Shown here: positions 10,041-18,496 of the stretch, piece by piece
Numbering within the stretch: position 1 is the first letter of the stretch
Layout of the letters: each line of letters starts with the position of its first letter
Assembly: GCA_964495935.1 (NCBI GenBank)
Contig: CAZBXQ010000005.1
Location: 3,862-67,861, forward strand
Direction of reading: 5' to 3'
Length of the DNA: 64,000 bases
DNA from: an uncultured Flavobacteriaceae bacterium
GTDB lineage: Bacteria; Bacteroidota; Bacteroidia; Flavobacteriales; Flavobacteriaceae
Made by a program: the position numbers and the translations under genes
Notes under the pieces: model-generated
What the model saw: the letters and a program-made list of their open reading frames with translations, nothing else
The model's database searches: none
What the model was told of the DNA's origin: nothing

Positions 10041-10075
10041 AAAACTACTGCTCTTCCGAGGTCGGTAGTTTTTTG
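10041..10075 (+). terminator. putative intrinsic terminator after the thiolase gene
   Basis: AAAACTAC...GTAGTTTT stem followed by a T-run, about 40 nt after the stop. Confidence 0.5.
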
Positions 10076-10244
10076 ATTTATGGATTCCGGTGCGATAAAC
10101 GGAAACGTGATCTATAATTCGTATTCTTATTTAAGGACATGTAAGTCTTTGATAATGATGCTAATAAAATAATAAAACATAATAAGTATAGAGTTTTTGG
10201 ACAATGATTTTTGTAAATTCATAGGGTAATCAAAAATTTATGTC

Positions 10245-10715
10245 ATGGATATGTTGAAAACCCCTCTCAAATTTGGAATTCTGACCGCTGTTATTTTAAT
10301 CGTCTATTTCCTTGTATTAGGAATGGGTGGCGTCAATGCCAATCCGGCTTATAGTGTTTTTAATGTGGTTATTACAGCTTCGGGAATAGCTCTCGCAATT
10401 AAGGAAATTAAGGAGAAAAATGCAGGAAAAATCCACTATAGGAGAGGCTTTGAGACGGCTTTTTTGACAGGCATTATAGCTACCGTAATATTCTCGGTGT
10501 TCTTTATTACGTATTTTGTTTATGCCCCGGGTTTTTCGGAAAAACTCCTAAAAGTGGTAGGAAAATATGCCAATACAGGAGGCGTTTTTGCCACGGTGGT
10601 TATCATGGGGGTTACGACTTCTTTTGTGGTCTCATTTGCCTTGATGCAATTGAATAAAAGCCTGATGTATAAGAAAATCAAGTCTAAAGAACAGAAGTCC
10701 GAGGCCTCCCACTAA
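10245..10715 (+). CDS. small four-TM membrane protein (DUF4199-like)
   Basis: 156 aa with four hydrophobic segments. Family guess only. Confidence 0.45.
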   Translation: MDMLKTPLKFGILTAVILIVYFLVLGMGGVNANPAYSVFNVVITASGIALAIKEIKEKNAGKIHYRRGFETAFLTGIIATVIFSVFFITYFVYAPGFSEKLLKVVGKYANTGGVFATVVIMGVTTSFVVSFALMQLNKSLMYKKIKSKEQKSEASH

Positions 10716-10775
10716 TATTTCCTGTATAGACGAATATAAAATAATTCCAGAACCGAAAATATCTTACTTGTTATA

Positions 10776-11050
10776 TCATGAGGAGGGAACCTTAAAAACT
10801 CCCTTAAACTTTCGGTTGAAGGAAGCAACCGAGTTAAATCCACTGGCATAACATATCTGGGAGATCGTCATTAAATTTTCAGCTTGCACTATCAGTTTTG
10901 CGGCAAATTGCATTTTTTTTGGAATAAGGTAATTATGAGGTACACCCCAAGATATCTCTAAATTTGGTATTGGTATATAATTGAGCCTTGTTTAAGCCGG
11001 CAATCTCCAGGAGACCGGAGATGAATATTTTTGATCAGAAATCCGGAATG
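10776..11050 (-). pseudogene. AraC/XylS-family regulator remnant (C-terminal HTH region only, frameshifted)
   Basis: Minus-strand translation gives ISGLLEIAGLNKAQLYTNTKFRDILG, then a frameshift in a G-run, then VPHNYLIPKKMQFAAKLIVQAENLMTISQICYASGFNSVASFNRKFKGVFKVPSS*. No N-terminal domain is present. Confidence 0.6.
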
Positions 11051-11165
11051 AGTAATGCCCGAAATTAATTAGAATTAAAACAAATAAATAAAAAGAATAA
11101 ACATAGCCCTTTGAGGTTATAAACTTTTTTATACATTGGGCTAACAAATGTTAGTTAGTTAAATT

Positions 11166-12524
11166 ATGAAAGCACAATTTCCTGTAGAACAGCTCTCCCG
11201 AGAGGAATTAAAGAAATTGCAAAGTGATCGTCTGGTGGAACAAGTCCGGTACGTAGAAGAAAAATCTCCTTTTTATCAGCAGAAATTCAAGGAGGCCGGA
11301 ATTACTGCAGATGATATAGAATCTATTGACGATATCCGTAGATTACCTTTGACGTATAGCCAGGATTTAAGAGATAATTATCCCATGGATTTGTTTACGG
11401 TTCCCAAAAATGAAATAGCGCGTATTCACTGTTCCAGCGGAAGTACGGGAATTCCAAAAGTAATCGGCTATACGCAAGGAGATGTGGATATCTGGTCAGA
11501 GGTCGTGGCCCGTTGCTTGAATGCGGCGGGTGCAGAACCCGGGATGATGTTGCACAATGCTTATGGATATGGCCTCTTTACAGGGGGCTTAGGCTTGCAT
11601 TATGGAGCTGAGAAATTAGGGATGACGGTACTTCCCATATCGGGCGGAGGTACGATTCGCCAAGTGGATTTAATTCAGGATTTAAAACCCGATGTCATTT
11701 GTTGTTCGCCATCCTACGCATTGACTATTGCCGATGAAATGGCTAAACGCGGTCTGAATCCATCGGACTGCAGTTTGAAGTATGCCGTTTTGGGATCTGA
11801 AGCCTGGACCGAGGCCATTCGGGATCATGTGGAGAATCGCTTGGGGGTAGAAGCTACTAATATCTATGGGTTGAGCGAAATTATTGGTCCGGGAGTATCC
11901 AACGAAGATTATCGCGAAAAAGGAGGTTCTTATGTGTGGGAGGATCATTTTTATCCCGAGATTTTAGATGCCAAAACCAAACAACCGGTAGCCTTTGGGA
12001 AACAGGGAGTATTGGTACTGACGACCTTGACCAAAAAAGGAATGCCGATGTTGCGGTATTGGACCAATGATATTACCAGTTTGTACTACGATCCTGATTC
12101 CAATCGAAATATGGTGAAAATGAATCCGATTGTGGGGAGAGCCGATGATATGTTGATTATTCGGGGAGTGAATGTATATCCCAGTCAGATTGAAGAGGTC
12201 TTTGATCATATTGATGGAGTGATTCCGAATTACTATTTGACCCCTATCGAAAAGCAAGCAATGAACATCCGACTGGAAGTAGATATAGAAGCCTCAAATG
12301 ACTACATTAAAAAATATGATTCCAAGCCCGGAGAGAGAGATTATGAAGAGCTTTTTAAAGAATTGGAAGATGAAATCCGGGAGCAAATAAAAAAACGAGT
12401 CGGAATTACGACCCATGTCAAGGTTCATCCCGAAGATTCTTTGCCAAAGAATACAGGTGGAAAAATCGACCGTATTCTCAAGAAGAAACAAATGATTGAA
12501 ATGCGCGGAGAAGGTTGGGATTAA
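11166..12524 (+). CDS. paaK: phenylacetate-CoA ligase
   Basis: 452 aa. Adenylate-forming motif SSGSTGIPKV and PaaK-like length. Confidence 0.9.
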   Translation: MKAQFPVEQLSREELKKLQSDRLVEQVRYVEEKSPFYQQKFKEAGITADDIESIDDIRRLPLTYSQDLRDNYPMDLFTVPKNEIARIHCSSGSTGIPKVIGYTQGDVDIWSEVVARCLNAAGAEPGMMLHNAYGYGLFTGGLGLHYGAEKLGMTVLPISGGGTIRQVDLIQDLKPDVICCSPSYALTIADEMAKRGLNPSDCSLKYAVLGSEAWTEAIRDHVENRLGVEATNIYGLSEIIGPGVSNEDYREKGGSYVWEDHFYPEILDAKTKQPVAFGKQGVLVLTTLTKKGMPMLRYWTNDITSLYYDPDSNRNMVKMNPIVGRADDMLIIRGVNVYPSQIEEVFDHIDGVIPNYYLTPIEKQAMNIRLEVDIEASNDYIKKYDSKPGERDYEELFKELEDEIREQIKKRVGITTHVKVHPEDSLPKNTGGKIDRILKKKQMIEMRGEGWD

Positions 12525-12599
12525 GTCTTATGCAATGAGGACTCTGTTTTTCAAATATCTTCATTCTTGAATCCACCTGTCTTCAACAAGTTTCAGATG

Positions 12600-12755
12600 T
12601 TATCGACTGAGTACATAGAATCCATGGATAACTCCGGGAAACCAGCCCAAAATCGTTAAAAGTACGTTGATTAGAAAGTCTTTTCCAAACCCTTTTTCAA
12701 GGCCGACGGCTAAAGGCGGAAGTAAAATGCAGAGGATGATTGTTAATATAGACAT
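12600..12755 (-). CDS. Pmp3/YqaE (UPF0057) family small membrane proteolipid
   Basis: 51-aa ORF missing from the track: MSILTIILCILLPPLAVGLEKGFGKDFLINVLLTILGWFPGVIHGFYVLSR. It matches the LLPPL...INxxLTxLGxxPGxIH family signature. Confidence 0.8.
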   Translation of the reverse strand: MSILTIILCILLPPLAVGLEKGFGKDFLINVLLTILGWFPGVIHGFYVLSR

Positions 12756-13054
12756 GGCAATAAAAACTTAGTGAGTATCTAAAGTTAAAATCTTTTTATA
12801 AAACAGCTTGCTGATTTTAGCGAGAATTAAATTTTTGTTGATGCATTTCGTTTTTTTATTAACACATATGTTTTTGGAAGGAAGTGTCCCTATAAAATTA
12901 GCTTTGAGATACAGGGGTTGATAGGGATTAGAGCTCGGGATGAGGGTTAACTTTGGAGATAAAAATATTTTGAGTTGAGGACTACAGGTTATTCCTTAAC
13001 TTTGATAAGCAGAATCTGGTGAGAGATTAAAATGACACGAAAGAGAATAAAATA

Positions 13055-15598
13055 ATGATAAAAGAAACAAAACATTACATTCAGGGTGAATGGAAAGCCG
13101 GAAAAGGAGAAGGACGCCCCATTTATGATGCGGTGACAGGAGAAGTGTATTCAACCGTAAGCACCGAGGGCCTGGATATTCCATCTATTTTGCAATATGG
13201 TCGGGAGAAGGGGAAAGCATTACGCAAAATGACTTTTATGGAACGAGGAAATATGCTGAAGAAACTGGCCTTTCATCTGTTGCGTAAAAAGTATGATTTT
13301 TATGAGGAGAGCTACCACAGCGGCACGACCAAAGCCGATGCCTGGTTTGATATTGATGGCGGGATTGGGAACCTGTTTGCCAATGCCTCGTTACGTAAGG
13401 AATTTCCTAATCAGCCGTATGATGTAGAAGGCTATCCGGTGGATCTTTCGCGAGGCGGTAAATTTATGGGGCACCATATTTTGGTTCCCAAGCAAGGGGT
13501 AGCCGTGCATATCAATGCGTTTAACTTTCCGGTTTGGGGAATGCTCGAAAAATGTGCTCCTACCTGGATGGCCGGAATGCCGGCAGTAGTAAAACCGGCA
13601 ACCGATACCAGTTATGTAACCGAAGCCGTGGTCAAAGAGATTATTGCTTCCGGGATTCTTCCCGAAGGGGCACTGCAATTGATTAGCGGGTCGGCTCATA
13701 CGATTCTGGATACCGTGCAGTCACAGGATGTGGTCACGTTTACCGGTTCGGCCGATACGGGGAGAAAATTAAAGGTAAATCCGCAGGTGATTCAGGAGTC
13801 CGTGCCTTTTAATATGGAGGCAGACTCCTTAAATGCTACGATTTTAGGGGAGGACGCCAAGCCCGGAACGCCGGAATTTGATTTGTTTGTCCGGGAAATT
13901 AGAAGAGAAATGACTTCCAAATGCGGCCAAAAATGTACGGCCATTCGCCGGATTATCGTTCCGGAAAGCCTGATTGAAGACGTTCAGATCGCAGTCGGTA
14001 AAACCCTGGATAAAGTAGTGGTGGGAAATCCGCGGCTAAAGGAAGTGCGGATGGGCTCTCTGGTGAGCCGTAAGCAATTAGAAGAGGTTCGTAATCGGAT
14101 TAAAGAAATATCCAAAACTGCGGAATTAGTATATGGGGATTTGGAAAAGGTGGATCTGGTTGATGCCGATTCGGAAAAGGGAGCATTTATCAGTCCCATT
14201 CTGATGCGAGAAAATGATCCTTTGCATAACCCGACGGTACATGAAACCGAAGCTTTTGGGCCGGTGAGTACGATTATGCCCTATAAAGATTTGGAGGAAG
14301 CGGTGGAAATTTCACGATTGGGGAAAGGCTCTCTGGTGAGTTCTATCTTTACTAATGATGACAAGATCGCACGGGAATATACGATCAATGCGGCGACGCA
14401 TCACGGTCGGATTCTCTGTGTCAATCGGGAGAGTGCCAAACAAAGTACCGGCCACGGTTCTCCGCTGCCTACATTGATTCACGGCGGTCCGGGGCGAGCC
14501 GGAGGAGGCGAGGAAATGGGAGGATTGCGGGGTATCCGTCATTTTATGCAGCGTTGTGCCGTTCAGGGTTCGCCCTCTACGGTGACCGAAATCACCGGGA
14601 TTTATCAGCCCCATGCAGATTATAAAGAAACTGAGAAGCATCCTTTTGCGTATTATTGGGAGGATATTCAACCCGGTATGTCTTTGAAAACCCATAGCCG
14701 TACCATTCGGGACGCTGATATCATAGATTTTGCCAATCTGACCTGGGATCATTTCTATGCCCATACCGATGAAACCGCATTGGAAGGAACTATTTTTGAA
14801 CATCGAACCGCCCACGGATATTTTATCGTTTCCCTGGCGGCGGGACTGTTTGTCTATCCCAATAAGGGGCCCGTTGCAGCCAATTACGGACTGGAGGATA
14901 TTAGGTTTATCCGTCCGCTTTATGACGGAGATACCGTGCACGTTCGTCTCACTTGTAAGCAAAAGATAGACCGCGATCAGAAAGGAAAAGTCCTGCCCAG
15001 CGGAATCGTAAAATGGTATGTGGAGGTCTTTGACACCAACGTAACCGACGGGAATATCCCGGATGATGAATTGGGAGACAAAGAGGCTTTGGTTGCTGTA
15101 GCCACCATCCTGACGATGGTGCAGAAAAAACAAACTGTTTTTGTGGAAATGACAGAGGAGAATATGGATCGGGCGTTGGCAAAGTTGACTCCCGAAACCA
15201 AACCGAAATGGGGATCGATGACAGCCCAGGAAATGATCGAGCATTTGGAGCTGTTGTATCACCGTTCCATCAGTGAAGACGTTCAGCAAGAGGAAGTGGC
15301 TACTCCTGAGAAGTATCTGGAGGATACCCAAGCTTTTTTATGGAATTACAAACCTATTCCTAAGAATTTTAAACTGCCGATTTATAAGGATAACAAGCTG
15401 CCGGAATTGAAGTACAAGGATTTGCAAACGGCAATTGAAAAAATGAAGGAAGCCCGTAAAGCGCATTACGATTATTTCAAAAAACATCCGGACGCCACGC
15501 GTCGCCATATTATCTACGGAGACCTGACAAAGTTTGAATGGAAGCTCTTAGACCGCAAGCACCTGAATCATCATTTTTCACAGTTTGGGATTTTATAA
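13055..15598 (+). CDS. paaZ: bifunctional oxepin-CoA hydrolase / 3-oxo-5,6-dehydrosuberyl-CoA semialdehyde dehydrogenase, with an extra C-terminal DinB/DUF1569-like domain
   Basis: 847 aa: ALDH domain, then MaoC hot-dog domain (as in the 681-aa E. coli PaaZ), then about 160 additional residues ending ...HLNHHFSQFGIL. Confidence 0.88.
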   Translation: MIKETKHYIQGEWKAGKGEGRPIYDAVTGEVYSTVSTEGLDIPSILQYGREKGKALRKMTFMERGNMLKKLAFHLLRKKYDFYEESYHSGTTKADAWFDIDGGIGNLFANASLRKEFPNQPYDVEGYPVDLSRGGKFMGHHILVPKQGVAVHINAFNFPVWGMLEKCAPTWMAGMPAVVKPATDTSYVTEAVVKEIIASGILPEGALQLISGSAHTILDTVQSQDVVTFTGSADTGRKLKVNPQVIQESVPFNMEADSLNATILGEDAKPGTPEFDLFVREIRREMTSKCGQKCTAIRRIIVPESLIEDVQIAVGKTLDKVVVGNPRLKEVRMGSLVSRKQLEEVRNRIKEISKTAELVYGDLEKVDLVDADSEKGAFISPILMRENDPLHNPTVHETEAFGPVSTIMPYKDLEEAVEISRLGKGSLVSSIFTNDDKIAREYTINAATHHGRILCVNRESAKQSTGHGSPLPTLIHGGPGRAGGGEEMGGLRGIRHFMQRCAVQGSPSTVTEITGIYQPHADYKETEKHPFAYYWEDIQPGMSLKTHSRTIRDADIIDFANLTWDHFYAHTDETALEGTIFEHRTAHGYFIVSLAAGLFVYPNKGPVAANYGLEDIRFIRPLYDGDTVHVRLTCKQKIDRDQKGKVLPSGIVKWYVEVFDTNVTDGNIPDDELGDKEALVAVATILTMVQKKQTVFVEMTEENMDRALAKLTPETKPKWGSMTAQEMIEHLELLYHRSISEDVQQEEVATPEKYLEDTQAFLWNYKPIPKNFKLPIYKDNKLPELKYKDLQTAIEKMKEARKAHYDYFKKHPDATRRHIIYGDLTKFEWKLLDRKHLNHHFSQFGIL

Positions 15599-15618
15599 AA
15601 TCCCAAACTGTGAAAAAT
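15573..15618 (+). terminator. 46-bp perfect palindrome spanning the paaZ stop codon (possible terminator or processing hairpin)
   Basis: ATTTTTCACAGTTTGGGATTTTA|TAAAATCCCAAACTGTGAAAAAT, 23-nt arms with no mismatch. A second hairpin, ATTACCGC-GAAG-GCGGTAAT, follows at 15617-15636. Confidence 0.6.
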
Positions 15619-15690
15619 TACCGCGAAGGCGGTAATCTATGGAGAACAATAGGCATGTCTTAGGCACTGGTTATAGCGTATAGAACGATA

Positions 15691-15981
15691 ATGAAATATT
15701 TTTTATATATCATTACCAATAAAAATAATACCGTTTTATATATTGGAATTACCAATAATCTAAAAAGACGGATGTACCAACATAAAAATAAGGTGCATCC
15801 TAATACTTTATCTGCGCGTTACAATCTTTATAAATTGATTTATTATGAACTATTTGACTCCAAAGCAGAAGCTCTAAAACGTGAACGGCAAATGAAGAAG
15901 TGGAATCGGCAGTGGAAAATTAATTTAATTGAAAAAGAGAATCCGAAGTGGTTGGATTTAATACAAGAAAATAAAGTATAA
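15691..15981 (+). CDS. GIY-YIG nuclease family protein
   Basis: 96 aa. YIITNKNNTVLYIGITNNLKRRMYQH is the GIY-YIG motif region. Followed by the hairpin TTCCCGCATGCGCGGGAA. Confidence 0.85.
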   Translation: MKYFLYIITNKNNTVLYIGITNNLKRRMYQHKNKVHPNTLSARYNLYKLIYYELFDSKAEALKRERQMKKWNRQWKINLIEKENPKWLDLIQENKV

Positions 15982-16015
15982 CCTTAAAAGATTCCCGCAT
16001 GCGCGGGAAATAAAT

Positions 16016-16777
16016 ATGAACACCGAACAATCATACGTCAAAAAAAACACCCAAAACGGTATCGCTACCGTAGAATTTTACACCCCTCATCACAACTCCC
16101 TGCCGGGACCGATTTTGGCGGAACTGGCCGAAACGATCACCGCGCTGGGGGAGGATGAAAGCGTAAAGGTAATTATTCTTAAAAGTGGCGGAAACCGGAC
16201 CTTTTGTGCCGGGGCCAACTTTCAGGAATTGATTTCCATTGAAAATAAAGAGCAGGGTGAACAATTCTTTATGGGGTTTGCCCATGTAATCAATGCCATG
16301 CGCAAGTGCCCCAAATTTATCATCGGCCGCGTTCAAGGTAAGGCCGTTGGGGGAGGAGTCGGTTTAGCCGCCTCAACCGATTATTGTCTGGCTACCAAAT
16401 TTGCGGCCATCAAACTCAGCGAATTGAATTTGGGAATTGGTCCCTTTACGGTCGGCCCGGCCGTTCAACGTAAGATCGGAGTCAGTGCCTTTGCCCAGAT
16501 GTCCATCAACTGCAATGGTTTCTACGATCCCGATTGGGCAAAGGAAAAAGGCTTCTATGCCGATGTCTTGGAAACCGCTGAAGACCTCGATAAAGCTGTT
16601 CAGGAGTTAGCCGAAGAATTGACTACTTTCAATCCCGATGCCATGGCCGAGATGAAAAAGATCTATTGGGAAGGTACGGAAAACTGGGATGATCTGCTTC
16701 ACGAAAGAGCCCTGATCAGCGGCCGATTGGTGTTGTCGGAATTTACGAAGGAGAAGTTGGAGAAGTATCGGGAGTAG
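16016..16777 (+). CDS. enoyl-CoA hydratase/isomerase family protein (possible PaaF role)
   Basis: 253 aa, crotonase fold (FCAGANF, GGGVGLAA), in paa context. Confidence 0.8.
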   Translation: MNTEQSYVKKNTQNGIATVEFYTPHHNSLPGPILAELAETITALGEDESVKVIILKSGGNRTFCAGANFQELISIENKEQGEQFFMGFAHVINAMRKCPKFIIGRVQGKAVGGGVGLAASTDYCLATKFAAIKLSELNLGIGPFTVGPAVQRKIGVSAFAQMSINCNGFYDPDWAKEKGFYADVLETAEDLDKAVQELAEELTTFNPDAMAEMKKIYWEGTENWDDLLHERALISGRLVLSEFTKEKLEKYRE

Positions 16778-16825
16778 GTAGTAGGAGATAGGTGGTAGGG
16801 ATTAGACAGATAGACGGATAACAGC

Positions 16826-17212
16826 ATGGAAATGAAAAGATCAAAATATCACTTTAAGTTTGAAGATTTATTGATCTATCAGAAGGCCATGGTATTTGGT
16901 GAAGATGTCAACGAATTGACTCAAACCTTTCCATCTGCCGAGAGATTCAACCTGATTTCTCAGTACAATAGGGCTGCAGATTCCATCGCTTTAAATATCG
17001 CCGAAGGGGCATCGGGAACTGATAAACAATTTTTGCATTACCTTAGTAATGCTTATCGAAGTTTACATGAATGCGTAGCTTGTAACGCTAAAGCTTTACG
17101 AAGAGAATATATCACTTTTCAACAAAGTGAAAAATATAGGAAACAAATGGTTGAGCTGGCGAAGATGATTTCTTCTTTACGTCGAACAATCGCCAAAAGA
17201 ATAAGTACATAG
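16826..17212 (+). CDS. four-helix-bundle protein (23S rRNA IVS family)
   Basis: 128 aa. YQKAMVFGEDV, RAADSIALNIAEG and SLHECVAC motifs. Confidence 0.85.
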   Translation: MEMKRSKYHFKFEDLLIYQKAMVFGEDVNELTQTFPSAERFNLISQYNRAADSIALNIAEGASGTDKQFLHYLSNAYRSLHECVACNAKALRREYITFQQSEKYRKQMVELAKMISSLRRTIAKRIST

Positions 17213-17260
17213 TTTTTATTTTTATTGACGCCTACAGCCTAATACCTAACACCTAAATCC

Positions 17261-17860
17261 ATGATTTACAAATTCAACAACTTCATCCCCGTCGTGCATA
17301 AGTCCAGTTTTGTGCACCCTTTGGCAGCAGTGACGGGGAATGTGATTATCGGGAAAGACTGTTACATTGGCCCGGGGGCGGCAATTCGGGGGGATTGGGG
17401 GGAGATTATCTTAAAAGATGGCGTCAACGTACAGGAAAATTGTACAATTCATGTTTTTCCCGGGAAAAGTGTGACCCTTGAGGAAAGTGCTCACATCGGG
17501 CATGGGGCGATTATCCATGGCGGTCATATCGGTGAGAACTGTATGGTGGGGATGAATGCCGTGGTGATGGACGATACTGATATCGGCAAGGAGTCGATCA
17601 TCGGGGCGATGGCCTTTGTAAAGGCCGAAACCAGAATCCCGCCGCGGAGTTTGGTCGTGGGTAGCCCGGCAAAAGTCATTCGCCAAGTGCCGGATGAAAT
17701 GATTGCCTGGAAAACAGCCGGAACCCGATTATACCAGCGTTTACCGGCAGATTGCCACGAAAGTCTTGAGGCTGTTGAGCCGTTGCGGGAAGTCCCCAAG
17801 AACCGCCCTAAACAAGAGGATTTTTATAAGACTTTAGAAGATTTCAGGAAAGAAAAATAG
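17261..17860 (+). CDS. paaY: phenylacetate degradation hexapeptide-repeat protein (gamma-CA-like thioesterase)
   Basis: 199 aa, colinear with E. coli PaaY (left-handed beta-helix repeats, VGSPAKVIR, EPLREV). Confidence 0.85.
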   Translation: MIYKFNNFIPVVHKSSFVHPLAAVTGNVIIGKDCYIGPGAAIRGDWGEIILKDGVNVQENCTIHVFPGKSVTLEESAHIGHGAIIHGGHIGENCMVGMNAVVMDDTDIGKESIIGAMAFVKAETRIPPRSLVVGSPAKVIRQVPDEMIAWKTAGTRLYQRLPADCHESLEAVEPLREVPKNRPKQEDFYKTLEDFRKEK

Positions 17861-17899
17861 ATCTAAATAGTTATATTCGTTTACAGCTGAAATAATATA

Positions 17900-18139
17900 A
17901 TGATGAGCCTTGATAAGATTAATTGCGATAAATTGGAAATCATTCACTGGATAAGTGAATTGCAGGATAAAGATGTAATAGGTGAATTGAAAGCTCTGAT
18001 GAAAGCAAAACCGAACCCCAAATTGACACAGAAGGAAAAAAAGGCTATTGATGATGGCCTGGAGTCCATGAAGGAAGGGACAGAGTCGTATGAACTTATT
18101 TTGAAGGAAACAAAAGAGAAATTCCCTCATTTATTTTAG
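17900..18139 (+). CDS. putative antitoxin of a type II TA pair
   Basis: 79-aa acidic/helical ORF ending 6 nt upstream of a ParE/RelE-like toxin gene. Confidence 0.5.
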   Translation: MMSLDKINCDKLEIIHWISELQDKDVIGELKALMKAKPNPKLTQKEKKAIDDGLESMKEGTESYELILKETKEKFPHLF

Positions 18140-18145
18140 GTAAAA

Positions 18146-18439
18146 ATGCGGCGTATAGTATGGGCCAATAGAGCAAAATTGGATTATTGGGATAATATTT
18201 CTTATCTGCAGAAGGAGTGGACTGAAAAGGAGGTGAAGTTCTTTATTTCGGAAGTGGATAGTATAATGGAACTGCTTCAAGTTGACACTGTTGAATTTCA
18301 ATCCACGGGTTATAAGAATACTTTTCGTGTTCCTGTAGTAACTCAAATTGTACTCTTTTACTTTGTGGATTCAAATAATGTGGTGAACATCTTGAGATTT
18401 TTTAATGCGAATCGGGACCCGGGGAAATTGGTCCTATAA
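18146..18439 (+). CDS. type II toxin-antitoxin system RelE/ParE-family toxin
   Basis: 97 aa. N-terminal IVWANRAKLDYWDNISYL and a C-terminal ...FFNANRDP, typical of Bacteroidota ParE-like toxins. Confidence 0.7.
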   Translation: MRRIVWANRAKLDYWDNISYLQKEWTEKEVKFFISEVDSIMELLQVDTVEFQSTGYKNTFRVPVVTQIVLFYFVDSNNVVNILRFFNANRDPGKLVL

Positions 18440-18496
18440 AGCCTTTTATAGGCCGATTAACTGTGCTGAATCGGGCTTAAAAATAAATTAAACTTT

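Noticed and set aside
1326-17212. Four-helix-bundle genes as Avd components of a diversity-generating retroelement
   Set aside because: There is no reverse transcriptase ORF and no template/variable repeat pair anywhere in the window.
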